DNA of 64,000 bases from positions 1,696,001-1,760,000 of the forward strand of contig OZ240241.1 in the NCBI GenBank assembly GCA_965198115.1, given 5' to 3'. Shown in pieces: positions 1 through 10,049 of this stretch. A program made the translations under genes and the position numbers. Every line of letters starts with the position of its first letter. The stretch's first letter is position 1. The stretch is from Candidatus Latescibacterota bacterium (GTDB lineage: Bacteria > Latescibacterota > UBA2968). Below the pieces are notes generated by a model that saw only the letters and a list, made by a program, of their open reading frames with translations, did not search any database and was not told where the DNA came from.

Positions 1-1026
1 CGTAGCCACACCCACTTCTGAATCGAACGGGTATAGCTCGATCAGCTCGGCAGGCGTGATCGCTCCATCGTCCGGCCCCTGTCCAACGTGAGCAACGGAC
101 ACCAGCCCGAGATCGGTCATCGCCGATTCTCGGAGAACATCAGCGATGAGATATCCAACCGCCGAGTGCACGAACCCCCCTGAAGACCGACCGATTGTGG
201 CGTCCAGCGAAACGGGCTGGCCTTCGACCGTGACCGACCACTCGTCCAGATCGTTCTCCACGGCTGGTTCGAGAGCGTCTAGGTCTACCGCATTCAAGGA
301 TCCATCCGTGACCTTGCCCTCGTCGTAGGAGAGATCAATCCCGGCCAGACGCCCCCCGATCTGCGCGACGAACACCTCCCCTACCGATCGACCGATCGTC
401 TCCCCGGGCAACCGATTCAGAATAACATCGAGTCCCTGCACTTCAGCCAGACGTGTCACGTTCGCTGGAGTCAGAACGGTGATCGCCACGACCAGGTCGC
501 AACGGGGAGCCAGCATGGGCACGTAGTAACGGGCCGCCGCGATCGGATCTCCGACCGTCAACTCCGCGATCTGGGAGGCCAGACCGATCAAACCGACTCT
601 GGCCTTGCCCGCGCGAACGATCGACAGCGGTTGAACGTGAAGGGGCGGGCGACCCGACCCCGAGCGGTGCAGGTTGCTTCCGAGGACCGAGAAGTCGGCC
701 GTCGCCCCGAAGGCGCTAAACCCGTCGCGCGCTGCGTCCACGTGGCCGGCAAACCACGTGTCATAGCCGGCCCTGTTCATCAGGTGGACCGAAAGGCTGC
801 CGTGTTGTGGATGCACGAAAGCGCGCTCGACAGGAGAGAGGGCATTTCCGCCGTCGATCAGTAACGTCGGACGTCCCCCCTGGCGCACACCCTGGGCGAA
901 AGCTCGGATTTTCGACAAGGACGCCACGTGTCCGCCAATGTCGACCGAGTAAACCAGAGTCAACTCATCGGCGGCGGCGTGGCCGACGACGGCCATCCAG
1001 ATCCAGAGAGCCAGGAAAGTTCGCAC
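1..1026 (-). CDS. Secreted 5'-nucleotidase/UshA-like metallophosphoesterase-fold protein, 3'-partial, with degenerate metal motifs
   Basis: Not in the ORF track. Manual translation from GTG 1026: signal peptide (FLALWIWMAVVGHAAA), LTLVYSVDIGG, LLIDGGN, LMNRAGYD..AGH, and a C-domain motif GAITPAELIELYPFD at the window edge. Confidence 0.65.
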   Translation of the reverse strand, partial: MRTFLALWIWMAVVGHAAADELTLVYSVDIGGHVASLSKIRAFAQGVRQGGRPTLLIDGGNALSPVERAFVHPQHGSLSVHLMNRAGYDTWFAGHVDAARDGFSAFGATADFSVLGSNLHRSGSGRPPLHVQPLSIVRAGKARVGLIGLASQIAELTVGDPIAAARYYVPMLAPRCDLVVAITVLTPANVTRLAEVQGLDVILNRLPGETIGRSVGEVFVAQIGGRLAGIDLSYDEGKVTDGSLNAVDLDALEPAVENDLDEWSVTVEGQPVSLDATIGRSSGGFVHSAVGYLIADVLRESAMTDLGLVSVAHVGQGPDDGAITPAELIELYPFDSEVGVAT

Positions 1027-1041
1027 GTAGAGACACTCCGG

Positions 1042-1893
1042 CTATGGGCAATGAGATCCGAATTCTCGGTAGGCGCGCGGCGGTACGCGATGGTATTCTG
1101 TGGCCACCTGAATCAGCCTGTCGACTGCGGCCTCGAAGACCCGGCCACCCTTCTCGGCCGTCGCAGCCGTCGCATCTCCCATCGTCCCGGTGACCCCGAC
1201 CGTATCCCGACGACGCTCCGAAAACCGCGCGAAAGATTGCAGCTCCGGACTGAACGGATTCGGAAACTCGTCGGCATTGATCCGCGAACGGTCGACGAGG
1301 TAGTCTCTCAGATGGAGCTGCAATGACGTCTCCCACTCTCCCCCGTGTCCGACGCTTCCGTCGTCGGCATCTCCCCACTCGAGCATCTCTGCTTCGACCA
1401 TCTGCCACCAGCTGAACGCCACGATGAAAACATCGTCTTCCGAAACCGTATCCCTCACGACCCGAATCGGAGCGGCGTTCCCACCGTGGCCGTTTACGAG
1501 CACGATACGGTGGAACCCATTTGCGTGGATGCTTCGGCAGATGTCGCCCAACAGATTCAGGAAGGTTTCGATGCGCAGACTGATCGTCCCGGGGAATCCC
1601 ATGTTGTAGTGCGTAAACCCCGACCAAACCGGGGGCGCAACAATGACGGGAAACGCATCGACTCGCCTGGCCGCTTCGACCGCAAAGTAAAACGGCCCCA
1701 CGATGTCCACATCCATCGGACAGTGGGGCCCGTGCTGCTCGATCGACCCGACGGGCACGATGACGACCGGATCGCGCTCGAGCCTCTCCTCGAACTCGTG
1801 CCGCCACAGCTCCTGCCAGAAGATCTTCTTGTTCTTGCCGTCGAAAGAATCGCGAAACACGGTAGCTACGCCTTTCGACGACGGCGCGAACAC
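1042..1893 (-). CDS. Creatininase/creatinine amidohydrolase family protein (start may be GTG 1860)
   Basis: PVGSIEQHGPH.PMDVD, VNGHGGN and HGGEWETS motifs. Confidence 0.9.
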   Translation of the reverse strand: MFAPSSKGVATVFRDSFDGKNKKIFWQELWRHEFEERLERDPVVIVPVGSIEQHGPHCPMDVDIVGPFYFAVEAARRVDAFPVIVAPPVWSGFTHYNMGFPGTISLRIETFLNLLGDICRSIHANGFHRIVLVNGHGGNAAPIRVVRDTVSEDDVFIVAFSWWQMVEAEMLEWGDADDGSVGHGGEWETSLQLHLRDYLVDRSRINADEFPNPFSPELQSFARFSERRRDTVGVTGTMGDATAATAEKGGRVFEAAVDRLIQVATEYHRVPPRAYREFGSHCP

Positions 1894-1908
1894 CGGCCAG
1901 TCACGGGG

Positions 1909-3057
1909 TCATCGGCCAAGACGGTCATCCTCGGCCGCAAGCCACTCCGCGTAGGGTGTGGGCATGTCGGGAACCGAGCCGTGTCCGGCCGCCTCGCGCC
2001 ACGGAGTCAGGGGATGCGTACGGTTGGGTTGCGGCAGATCGATCCGGCGCCCCGTCGCGACGGATTCGAAGACACCCATGATAATCTCCAACACGTGTCG
2101 CCCGACTTCGCCACTGCAGAGGTGAGGACGCCCCTCATCCAGGGCCTGAACGTACTCATCGACATAGGCAAAATCGTCGACAGCCGCCAGCGAGGCCTCG
2201 TCAAACCCTTCGGGAGCGACGGGGGGCAGCGGCTCCCACGCCTCCCCCCCGGGCACGTCGTGAGGAACCCGTAGGATTGCTGCCGACCGGCTCCCCCAGT
2301 AGAGTCGCCCCGTCGTTCCATAGTATTCGCACGAATAGGCGGTCGAATCGACGGTCGGGAACCGGTGCTGTGCTAGCGTCGCCGTGTGACTGCCATCGAA
2401 GACGAGGGTGGCCGTCAGATACTCCCCAGCCATCGTCCCCATCCCGTTCGGTGCGGGCACCACGTCTTCCGGCCGTGTGATGTGACCCCCCGTCACACCC
2501 AGCGCAGACACAGACAGGCAGGGCCCAGTCAGCTCCATCATCGCATTCAAGGAGTGCGTGCCGATGTTGAGCAGGCCGTAGCCGCCATAGTAGCCCTTCC
2601 CGCTTGCGAGGGCAAATCGCAGGTCCCCGATCTCACCCGCCCGGAAGGCCTTCGCGACGGCCTGCAGGGCCGGACCCGTTCTGCCCTGATGGTGGACCGC
2701 CACCCGCACGCCCTTTTCGTGGGCCAGGCTGATCAGCTGATCGGCTTCCTCCAGTGTCGTGCAGATCGGCTTTTCGACGTCTATGTTTACGCCGTGCTCC
2801 AACACGGCCATGCCCAGTTCGAAGTGAAGTTGCGTCGCGGTCGGTATCGCGACGATGTCGGGTTCCGTGTCCCGAATCATTCGGTCGAAATCATCGAATC
2901 GGGCCGATACTGCCAGTTCGTCTCCGAGCGTGCTCAATCGTTCGGGAACCAGGTCGCACAACCCGACCACTTCCGTTCGTGGATGGGCGTGGTAGGCTCG
3001 GCCGGCGGCGGTTCCCCGCCCACGGCAACCCAGAATCGCTGCACGGTAGGTTTTCAC
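1909..3057 (-). CDS. Gfo/Idh/MocA family oxidoreductase
   Basis: Rossmann motif AILGCRGRG, EKP, and GLLNIGTH. Confidence 0.9.
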   Translation of the reverse strand: MKTYRAAILGCRGRGTAAGRAYHAHPRTEVVGLCDLVPERLSTLGDELAVSARFDDFDRMIRDTEPDIVAIPTATQLHFELGMAVLEHGVNIDVEKPICTTLEEADQLISLAHEKGVRVAVHHQGRTGPALQAVAKAFRAGEIGDLRFALASGKGYYGGYGLLNIGTHSLNAMMELTGPCLSVSALGVTGGHITRPEDVVPAPNGMGTMAGEYLTATLVFDGSHTATLAQHRFPTVDSTAYSCEYYGTTGRLYWGSRSAAILRVPHDVPGGEAWEPLPPVAPEGFDEASLAAVDDFAYVDEYVQALDEGRPHLCSGEVGRHVLEIIMGVFESVATGRRIDLPQPNRTHPLTPWREAAGHGSVPDMPTPYAEWLAAEDDRLGR

Positions 3058-4112
3058 GCGGCCTCACTCAGGTTAATGGCGAGAGACCGAATGGCCGCCG
3101 CCGCTTCGTCGATGTCGGATTGGGTGATGCCCAGGTGCGGTATGGCTCGAATGTAAGTCGGGCCGGGCGCACTCACGCGAACGCCGTGGCGTTCGATCAG
3201 TGTGTTCACGAATTCGAGAGACGTCAGTCCGAGCGAACGAATGTCGAACCGTACCATGTTCGTCTCGACACCCGCGGGATCGATGTCGATACCCGGCGTT
3301 CCGGCAATCCCCTCAGCCAGTCGCCTGGCGTGAGCGTGATCCTCCGCCAAACGATCGACGTTGTGGTCGAGTGCGTAGATCCCGGCCGCGGCGATGATGC
3401 CGGCCTGTCGCATGGCACCCCCGATGCGCTGCTTCCACTGCCACGCCTGCTCGATGAAGGCCTGGGTGCCCGCCAGAACACCACCGACAGGCGCGCCCAG
3501 TCCTTTGCTCAGGTCGATCCATACCGAGTCGAAGGACCCGGCGTAGTCCGACGCGGAGATGCCCGTGGCGACGACGGCGTTCAGGAGCCGGGCGCCGTCC
3601 ATGTGCATCAGGGCCCCACGTTCGCGCGCTACGCGCTCGACGCCCCGGATCTGGTCGAGATCCCAGATCTTTCCGCCCGGCTTGTTGGTCGTCTGTTCGA
3701 TCGACACGAGACGAAAGGATGGTTTGTAGCGGGAGGCAGGCTCGATCGTCTCGGCCACCTGCTCTGGTGTGAACTGCCCGTCGACCCCGTCGATCGGATA
3801 CATCGTCGCATTCGCCAGAACTGCAGCGCCCCCTGACTCCGAAATCAGGGGATGAGCCGTTCGGTCCATCAGAATCAGATCTCCGGGCCCACAGTGCACG
3901 GCGAGCGCAATCTGGTTGCACATCGTCCCTGACGGCAGAAATACAGCGCTCTCCTTGCCGGTGAGCTCGGCCACGCGATCCTGCAGCGCGTTGACCGTCG
4001 GATCCTCCATCTTCTGCTCATCGCCGACCTCTGCCTCGCACATGTAGGCGCGCATGCCGGGCGTTGGCTGTGTCGACGTGTCGCTATAGAGGTCGATTTT
4101 CACTTCGGTCAT
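3054..4112 (-). CDS. ltaE: Low-specificity L-threonine aldolase family protein
   Basis: DLYSDT, SGTMCNQ, HMDGARL, LSKGLGAPVG (PLP lysine), GGAMRQAG. Confidence 0.88.
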   Translation of the reverse strand: MTEVKIDLYSDTSTQPTPGMRAYMCEAEVGDEQKMEDPTVNALQDRVAELTGKESAVFLPSGTMCNQIALAVHCGPGDLILMDRTAHPLISESGGAAVLANATMYPIDGVDGQFTPEQVAETIEPASRYKPSFRLVSIEQTTNKPGGKIWDLDQIRGVERVARERGALMHMDGARLLNAVVATGISASDYAGSFDSVWIDLSKGLGAPVGGVLAGTQAFIEQAWQWKQRIGGAMRQAGIIAAAGIYALDHNVDRLAEDHAHARRLAEGIAGTPGIDIDPAGVETNMVRFDIRSLGLTSLEFVNTLIERHGVRVSAPGPTYIRAIPHLGITQSDIDEAAAAIRSLAINLSEAA

Positions 4113-4200
4113 ACGCACTCCCCCAGTCAGAAACACCACGCAACCACTGGAAAGACCCTAACTTAGGGCTGGTCGAGAGGCCGTGCAAGGGGATTCAGGA

Positions 4201-4229
4201 ACAGAAAGGCCCCGACGCTCATCGGGGCC
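4201..4229 (-). terminator. Probable intrinsic terminator after the PAC2 gene
   Basis: 8-bp stem GGCCCCGA/TCGGGGCC followed by TTTCTGT on the minus strand. Confidence 0.6.
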
Positions 4230-4259
4230 CGTGTTTCTACTTCGCCGCGGGTTTCTGTG

Positions 4260-5231
4260 TCAGATGTTCCCTTCGGGGTTCTCCCGAAAGAGGTTCAGAA
4301 AGCGGTCTTCGTAGTAGCCGTAGAGACTCCACCTGTCCAGCTCGTGCTTCAACTGCGCCGCGGTTTCCCTCGCCTGTCTCGTGTCTCCCGCCTGGCTCAC
4401 CTGCAAAAACAGGCGTTCGATCTTTTCCATCACGTACTGAGGCACCTGATCTTCATCCACCGCGCCGAGTTCACCCAGTTCTCCCGCTTCGGGGGTCTCC
4501 ATCGTCGAGAACGTCGCCCTGATCTTCTCCTCGATCTCGTTCAACACCTGGCCCATCTGTTCGACCGCCTCGTCCAATTCCGTCAGGTCGACCTCGACAT
4601 CCAGAATCTGCTGGAGAACGCGAACAATCTCCCGCGACGCCCTTGGATTCGGCATCTGGATCACGTGATGCGGCATGGTGGCCAGCAGACACGACGCGGG
4701 AATCTCCCGTAGTGCGGCGAACCCCAATAGGAGTCCGTTCATCCCGGAAACGTGACCTTGTTCCAGAAGATCTACACCGTGATGCGACAGGGTATCTCTC
4801 ATACCTTCCGTATTCGAAACCCCCAGTACCTGGACATCGTCCGTGTGGCTCATGGGAATAGCCAGCGCGGCTGCCGTGTAGATAGCAGAAACACCCACAT
4901 CCTGGGCGTAGTCGAGCACGGCCGTCATCATCGAGGTTCCACCCTCACCCGAAACCTGCGCTTCGCTCTCGAACACCATGAGGTCAGTGCCCGCCACGTG
5001 GAAGAACACGTGTGAGGGCACATCCGGAAACCGGGCGAGCCCATCTTCCACGATCACCATATCGGGTGTAAAAAACGAGCGAAGATCGATCTCGGCACAC
5101 GCGTCCGCCTCGAGCGTGCGCCTAAGGTAATTGACGGCGCCCACGCCCACGCTCCCCATGCCGGGCCAGCCTGCAATCAGGGTGGGGGTCGTCACCTCAT
5201 CCCGGATGTCACGGGAAACCTTCAGACTCAC
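4260..5231 (-). CDS. PAC2 (proteasome assembly chaperone) family protein
   Basis: LIAGWPGMGSVG, SGMNGLLLG, PNPRAS, VDLTELDE and an acidic coiled-coil tail. Confidence 0.8.
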   Translation of the reverse strand: MSLKVSRDIRDEVTTPTLIAGWPGMGSVGVGAVNYLRRTLEADACAEIDLRSFFTPDMVIVEDGLARFPDVPSHVFFHVAGTDLMVFESEAQVSGEGGTSMMTAVLDYAQDVGVSAIYTAAALAIPMSHTDDVQVLGVSNTEGMRDTLSHHGVDLLEQGHVSGMNGLLLGFAALREIPASCLLATMPHHVIQMPNPRASREIVRVLQQILDVEVDLTELDEAVEQMGQVLNEIEEKIRATFSTMETPEAGELGELGAVDEDQVPQYVMEKIERLFLQVSQAGDTRQARETAAQLKHELDRWSLYGYYEDRFLNLFRENPEGNI

Positions 5232-6310
5232 GATGACCCCCGCAGCCGCTCGAGCGGATGTACTCGATCCTCCAGTGGAATCGAAACGCGCCCACCCTCA
5301 ATTTGCGACGCATACGCGCCCACGATCATCTCCAACGCACTCCTCGCATCGAACGCACTCGATGCGGGTTGACTATCGTTCTGGATGCTGTCTACCAGAT
5401 TCAGAATCGCCAGACGGTTTCCGTCCTGCAGGGCAACCGGACCGGGCTGGATCGTAGACCGGTGTTGTTCGGCCGCCCAAGGTGTAAGAGCGGTGTCCTC
5501 GAGCAAGGCCACTTGATTGGCCGAAGCGTTGAAGCCGATTCGGCCCTCGGTCCCGATCAGGTCCAGACCATATGTGCGGCCGTCGCGGATGTCGCGCGCA
5601 CGTGTCTCGAAAGTCGCCGTCACGCCAGACTCGAATGCAAAGAAACTGTGAACCCGATCTCCGGCGATCGGCCCGATCGGTTCACCCGCTTCGCGGACGT
5701 CGGCGGCGGTAATGTCCCGACCCTCCTGCGTGACACGCCCGAACATCCACGCGACGTCGCCCACAAAGTACCGCATCAGGTTGAAGGAGTGGGTGCCCAG
5801 AACCATCATGTCCTCTCCACCCCCACGAAGATCGCATTTGCCCGCACTGTAGATTGAGACGACCTCACCGATCTTGCCCTCTCCGATCATCTCTTTAATA
5901 CGATGGATCTGAGGCAGATAGACGGCCTGGTGTGCGACGGCCACCTTGCGACCCGTTCGCTCGACGGCCGCGCAAATTCTATCCGCCGACTCCAGGTCGG
6001 CCGCGAGGGGCTTTTCGCAATACACGTGAGCGCCGGCTTCGAGGCAGGCGATGACCATCTCTTCGTGGCAGTCGACCCATCGAGGACAGACACTCACGAT
6101 ATCGGGCTTCTCGCGGAGCAGCATGTTTTCGTAATCCTCGTAGGATCGCTCGGCTCCCGCATCCACGCGTGCCTTTTCACGTCCTTCCGCATCCTCGTCC
6201 GACACCGCAACCAGATCGACGGCATCCACGTCCGTGTAGCAAGTGTGCAGTCCGTGTCCGAAATTGCCGCGTCCCGTGCGTCCGATCGCACAGGCCTTAA
6301 AGTCTGCCAT
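5228..6310 (-). CDS. Gfo/Idh/MocA family oxidoreductase
   Basis: IGRTGRGNFGH, HVYCEKP, GGGEDMMVLGTH. Confidence 0.9.
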   Translation of the reverse strand: MADFKACAIGRTGRGNFGHGLHTCYTDVDAVDLVAVSDEDAEGREKARVDAGAERSYEDYENMLLREKPDIVSVCPRWVDCHEEMVIACLEAGAHVYCEKPLAADLESADRICAAVERTGRKVAVAHQAVYLPQIHRIKEMIGEGKIGEVVSIYSAGKCDLRGGGEDMMVLGTHSFNLMRYFVGDVAWMFGRVTQEGRDITAADVREAGEPIGPIAGDRVHSFFAFESGVTATFETRARDIRDGRTYGLDLIGTEGRIGFNASANQVALLEDTALTPWAAEQHRSTIQPGPVALQDGNRLAILNLVDSIQNDSQPASSAFDARSALEMIVGAYASQIEGGRVSIPLEDRVHPLERLRGSS

Positions 6311-7365
6311 CAGGGACCTCCATGGGGTAAGAAGACGACACCGAGCGCTTCATTCGGGGTCTGGATCAAAGCTTCACACGCCTCAGGGGCGTCTTCGAGA
6401 CGGGCCCGATGCGTGATTAGCGGCGCCACCTGAATATCACCGCGCACCATAAAATTGAGGCACTCTTCCATGTTTCTCCGCGTATGCCAGCGCACGAAAA
6501 CGGGCGGATAGTCCTCGCCCAACTCCCACGCTTCATCGTGATAACCGGGTCCCGTGCGGGCGGCGGAGCGGACGTCCAGGTTGCCGAGGGCGGCAGCGAA
6601 AGTGTGGTCGATACGCGCGCCCCCCACGATCACGACCCGCCCCATGCGGTGCGTGTCAGGGGCCCGCTTGATCGTGTCTGCCAGCATCTTGAAGGCCTCG
6701 GTGCCATCCCCGCCAAACGACATGATGCCCGCATCCAGACCCCGCCCCCGCGTGAACACCGAGATAGCTTCACGCGGATCACACTCGGCGGCATTGACAA
6801 CCTGATGGGCCCCACACGCTTGCGCAACCTGGAGACGCATCCCGAGGCGATCGATCCCGATCACGTGACATCCCGCCGCACGCCCCCACTGAAGGGCGAA
6901 CTGGCCGACCGGTCCAAGGCCCACGACCGCGAGATACTCCCCCAGCTCGGGTCCCGTGCGACGCAGGGCGTTTAAAGATGTCGCCACGAGGTGGATGGAT
7001 GCGGCTGCTTCGTCGGTCACGCTCTCCGGGATCGGGACGGCCAGATTCTGAGGAACGACCGCGTGTGTGGCGTGCTCGGCATAGTTTCCGCCCATGCACG
7101 CCACTCGCGTCCCCGATGCGAGGTCCTCGACATCGGGTCCGCATTCCAAAATAACACCGGCGTTGGAATATCCGAACGATCTGGGCGGTGTGTCTTGCGG
7201 ATTCCGGCGCCGATCGACGACCCTGCCCAGTTCGGATCCTGGGCTGACCATGCTCGCACCCACGCGAATCAGGATCTCCCCAGCGCCGGGATCGTCCAGC
7301 TCGTCTTCCACCACCGCGATGCGACCCGCGCCGTCGATCGTGAGAACTCGTCTCGTCACACCCAT
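6310..7365 (-). CDS. MDR / zinc-binding dehydrogenase family protein
   Basis: GroES-like N-domain (SPGSE, GYS variant) and Rossmann motif VVGLGPVG. Confidence 0.85.
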   Translation of the reverse strand: MGVTRRVLTIDGAGRIAVVEDELDDPGAGEILIRVGASMVSPGSELGRVVDRRRNPQDTPPRSFGYSNAGVILECGPDVEDLASGTRVACMGGNYAEHATHAVVPQNLAVPIPESVTDEAAASIHLVATSLNALRRTGPELGEYLAVVGLGPVGQFALQWGRAAGCHVIGIDRLGMRLQVAQACGAHQVVNAAECDPREAISVFTRGRGLDAGIMSFGGDGTEAFKMLADTIKRAPDTHRMGRVVIVGGARIDHTFAAALGNLDVRSAARTGPGYHDEAWELGEDYPPVFVRWHTRRNMEECLNFMVRGDIQVAPLITHRARLEDAPEACEALIQTPNEALGVVFLPHGGP

Positions 7366-7367
7366 AT

Positions 7368-8159
7368 TTATAGGCTCACGATCTTTCGCATGCGGGCTGC
7401 CATTTCGATCTGTGTGTCCCGATCGCCCCCGACTTCGTGGATGACCGGGCGATCGTAGCCAATCGCGCGAAGATCAGCGACCACCGTTGCCCAGTCCGTA
7501 TCGCCATCCATCAACGGAACGAACTGCCGGTCCTTCCTGACAAAGTCCTTGAAGTGGACGCGGGCGATCCTGCCGCCCAACCCACGAATCCAGTGCTCGG
7601 GAAAGCCATAAAACATCATGTTCGCCGTGTCGAGGTAGATTCCGATCCGCGGACTCGCGATTTCGTCGACCAGCTGCGCGGCCTCTCTTGGACTCAGCAT
7701 GAACTTGTTCCAGACGTTTTCGATTCCGACGGTCACACCCTTCTCTTCTGCCAGGGGCGCGATATCCTTCATGCCGCCGACCATCCAGTCCCAGGCCTCC
7801 TCATACGTCCCCTCGGCCGTGAGCTGGCCCGGGTGGAGCAGCACGGCGTCGACGCCGAGGGCGTGCGCGATTTCGATCGACCGGGCAAGACATTTAGCCC
7901 CTTGCTTTCGCTGCGCCCCGTCCGGGTGGATGAAGCACCCGCGGTCGGCATACCAGGCGATCGAGCTGCCCACTTCGACGCCCGCGACGTCGCATCGTCG
8001 GCGGACGTCGCGAATCTCGTCTTCGGTCATGTCCACGTCGGGGTCGCGACCGGCGCCAAAAACGAGCTCGACCGCTTCGTAACCCGCATCCTGGCAGAGT
8101 TGGAGTGTGTCATCCAAACTGAGATCGCTCAGTATGATCTGCGTGACTCCGATTTTCAC
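7368..8159 (-). CDS. Sugar phosphate isomerase/epimerase (xylose-isomerase-like TIM barrel)
   Basis: IENVWN, LDTAN, VHFKD and GDTDW motifs. Confidence 0.88.
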   Translation of the reverse strand: MKIGVTQIILSDLSLDDTLQLCQDAGYEAVELVFGAGRDPDVDMTEDEIRDVRRRCDVAGVEVGSSIAWYADRGCFIHPDGAQRKQGAKCLARSIEIAHALGVDAVLLHPGQLTAEGTYEEAWDWMVGGMKDIAPLAEEKGVTVGIENVWNKFMLSPREAAQLVDEIASPRIGIYLDTANMMFYGFPEHWIRGLGGRIARVHFKDFVRKDRQFVPLMDGDTDWATVVADLRAIGYDRPVIHEVGGDRDTQIEMAARMRKIVSL

Positions 8160-8172
8160 AAAGGACCTCCGG

Positions 8173-9060
8173 TTAGGCCACCGGGTAGGCGAGTGCGCCC
8201 GGGACCGTGTTTTCGATCGCGTAAACCGACGTCATCGCGGTGATGTAGAGTGTTCGGAGATCGTCTCCACCAAACGTGCAGTTCGCCGGTGCCTCGGGCA
8301 CGGGGAGAAAGGCGAGGTGTTCGCCCTCAGGAGAGAAGACATACACCCCACCCCTCTCTTCGCTTCCCGCCGTCACATAGACGTTTCCGTCCGTATCCAG
8401 AACCATCCCGTCACCACCGCGGCCAGGAGCGAAATCGTAGATCTCGGCCTTCACAAGCCATTGTCCGTCGTCATCCAGACCGTAGGAAAGGAGTTTCCGA
8501 GCGCCCCATTCGTCAGGGTTGTTGTCGACCAGAACGATCGTCTTTCCATCCCGTGACATCACGATCCCGTTGGGGGTCTCGACATCGTCGATCACCCGGA
8601 CCAGTCTGCCGTCGAACTCTATCCTGTAGACCGCCATCGCATCCTGCTCGCAATCAGTCCGGTCGCCGTATCTTGGATCCGTGAAGTAAATGCGGCCTTC
8701 CGGGTCGAAACAGAGATCGTTCGGGCTGTTCAGACGCTTTCCGTCGTAGGCCGACGCAAGAACGGTCTCCGTCCCATCCGGTTCGAAGCGAACGACCGCC
8801 CGCCGCCCACCGTCTCCCTGCGCACAGCACGCCAGCAGCCGCCCCTCGGAATCGAAATTCATTCCATTCGCTCGCCCGCTGGGCTCTCGCCAGACTTCCT
8901 GTCGCCCATCCTTTCGAAGCACGTGGATACGGTTTCTCGGGCAATCGCTGAAGTAAAGATTCCCCTCGGCATCAGCGGCGGGGCCTTCTGTGAATTCGCA
9001 ACCACTCGCCACCTGCCTTAACTCGGCGCCAGTCGCAAACGGACCGTTTTCTTGAGCCAT
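8173..9060 (-). CDS. SMP-30/gluconolactonase/LRE family protein
   Basis: FTEGP, LNSPND, PNGI, DGMVLD, NCTFGG. Confidence 0.92.
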   Translation of the reverse strand: MAQENGPFATGAELRQVASGCEFTEGPAADAEGNLYFSDCPRNRIHVLRKDGRQEVWREPSGRANGMNFDSEGRLLACCAQGDGGRRAVVRFEPDGTETVLASAYDGKRLNSPNDLCFDPEGRIYFTDPRYGDRTDCEQDAMAVYRIEFDGRLVRVIDDVETPNGIVMSRDGKTIVLVDNNPDEWGARKLLSYGLDDDGQWLVKAEIYDFAPGRGGDGMVLDTDGNVYVTAGSEERGGVYVFSPEGEHLAFLPVPEAPANCTFGGDDLRTLYITAMTSVYAIENTVPGALAYPVA

Positions 9061-9072
9061 CTTCTACGTCCC

Positions 9073-9841
9073 TTAAAACGCGAAGGAAAAACCTGAAACG
9101 AGCTGCAGATCCGCTCGCCCAACGTCTTCGGGCGGTCCGGCGTCATACTGAAACCGCACGGTCGTCACGATCTCCACGTGCTTTCCGACCGCCACACCCA
9201 GCCTCGTGGAAACAAGTACCCGCGGGTCGTCGACCTCCGGCAGACGGGGCTGGACGTAGACCACTGCCGTGCACCCCACCGAGTCATCATTTCGGGTCGC
9301 AGCCGACGCATAGAAGCTGATGCGATGGTTGGTCGTTCGCGCCGGGTGGATGTCACCCGACACGAGGTCGTTGCGCTCGTGCTCGAGCAGGTAAGAGATA
9401 CTCAGAAACAGTCGCGAAGAACCGTCCTCAAGGACGCGAGTCCGCAGTCCTCCGCCACCCAGTGACCTGAACGACAGATTGCGTGCCAGGTCGTAATTCG
9501 TCTGGGCGAAGAACTCTGGACGGAACCGCGATCGCGTCGACGACTCGTGTCTGAGATGCACCAGACCGCTGTTCGAAAACCGTTCGCCGCCCTCCCAGCC
9601 GATGTCTCCGTTCACAATCACCAGCTGCTTGCTCGAATTCGTTGAACGATCCAGCCTGAACGCGGGTTCGAACTCGACGAGTTCGACATTGCCCGACCTC
9701 AGGGTCAATCCGAACTCGAACCGGCCCGAAGTCCCGATCGTATCGGCGCTCGCCCTCGCTGTTTCGATGTTGACCTGCTGCCCACACTGGAGACGCGAGC
9801 CCCACAAGCCACGCCACGATCAAACGGACGCCAGAATTCAC
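9073..9841 (-). CDS. DUF481-like outer-membrane beta-barrel protein, with a frameshift near 9778
   Basis: The signal peptide (LIVAWLVGLASPVW) is in a different frame from QVNIE...; alternating beta pattern, GGGLR, YVQP and a terminal Phe. Confidence 0.65.
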
Positions 9842-10049
9842 GGTCCGAAAACCACGAGGGTCGAGCTGAGCGAGATCTCCGATGCGGGCACGCTTCATTC
9901 CTTGGATGCGCGGGTTCTGGCACCCACCGATCGGTCGATACCAGGGCAAAGAAGGACCCCACCTACGGTTGCACAAGGAAAAACCCCGCTCATCACAGGT
10001 TCGTCGAATACGATCGTATTCTGACCGAAGGGAAGCAGGTGAGCACGCC

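Noticed and set aside
4156-4168. Palindrome CCCTAACTTAGGG resembling the IS630 target or an excision scar
   Set aside because: The arms are inverted rather than a direct duplication. It is a single short instance and could be chance or an operator.
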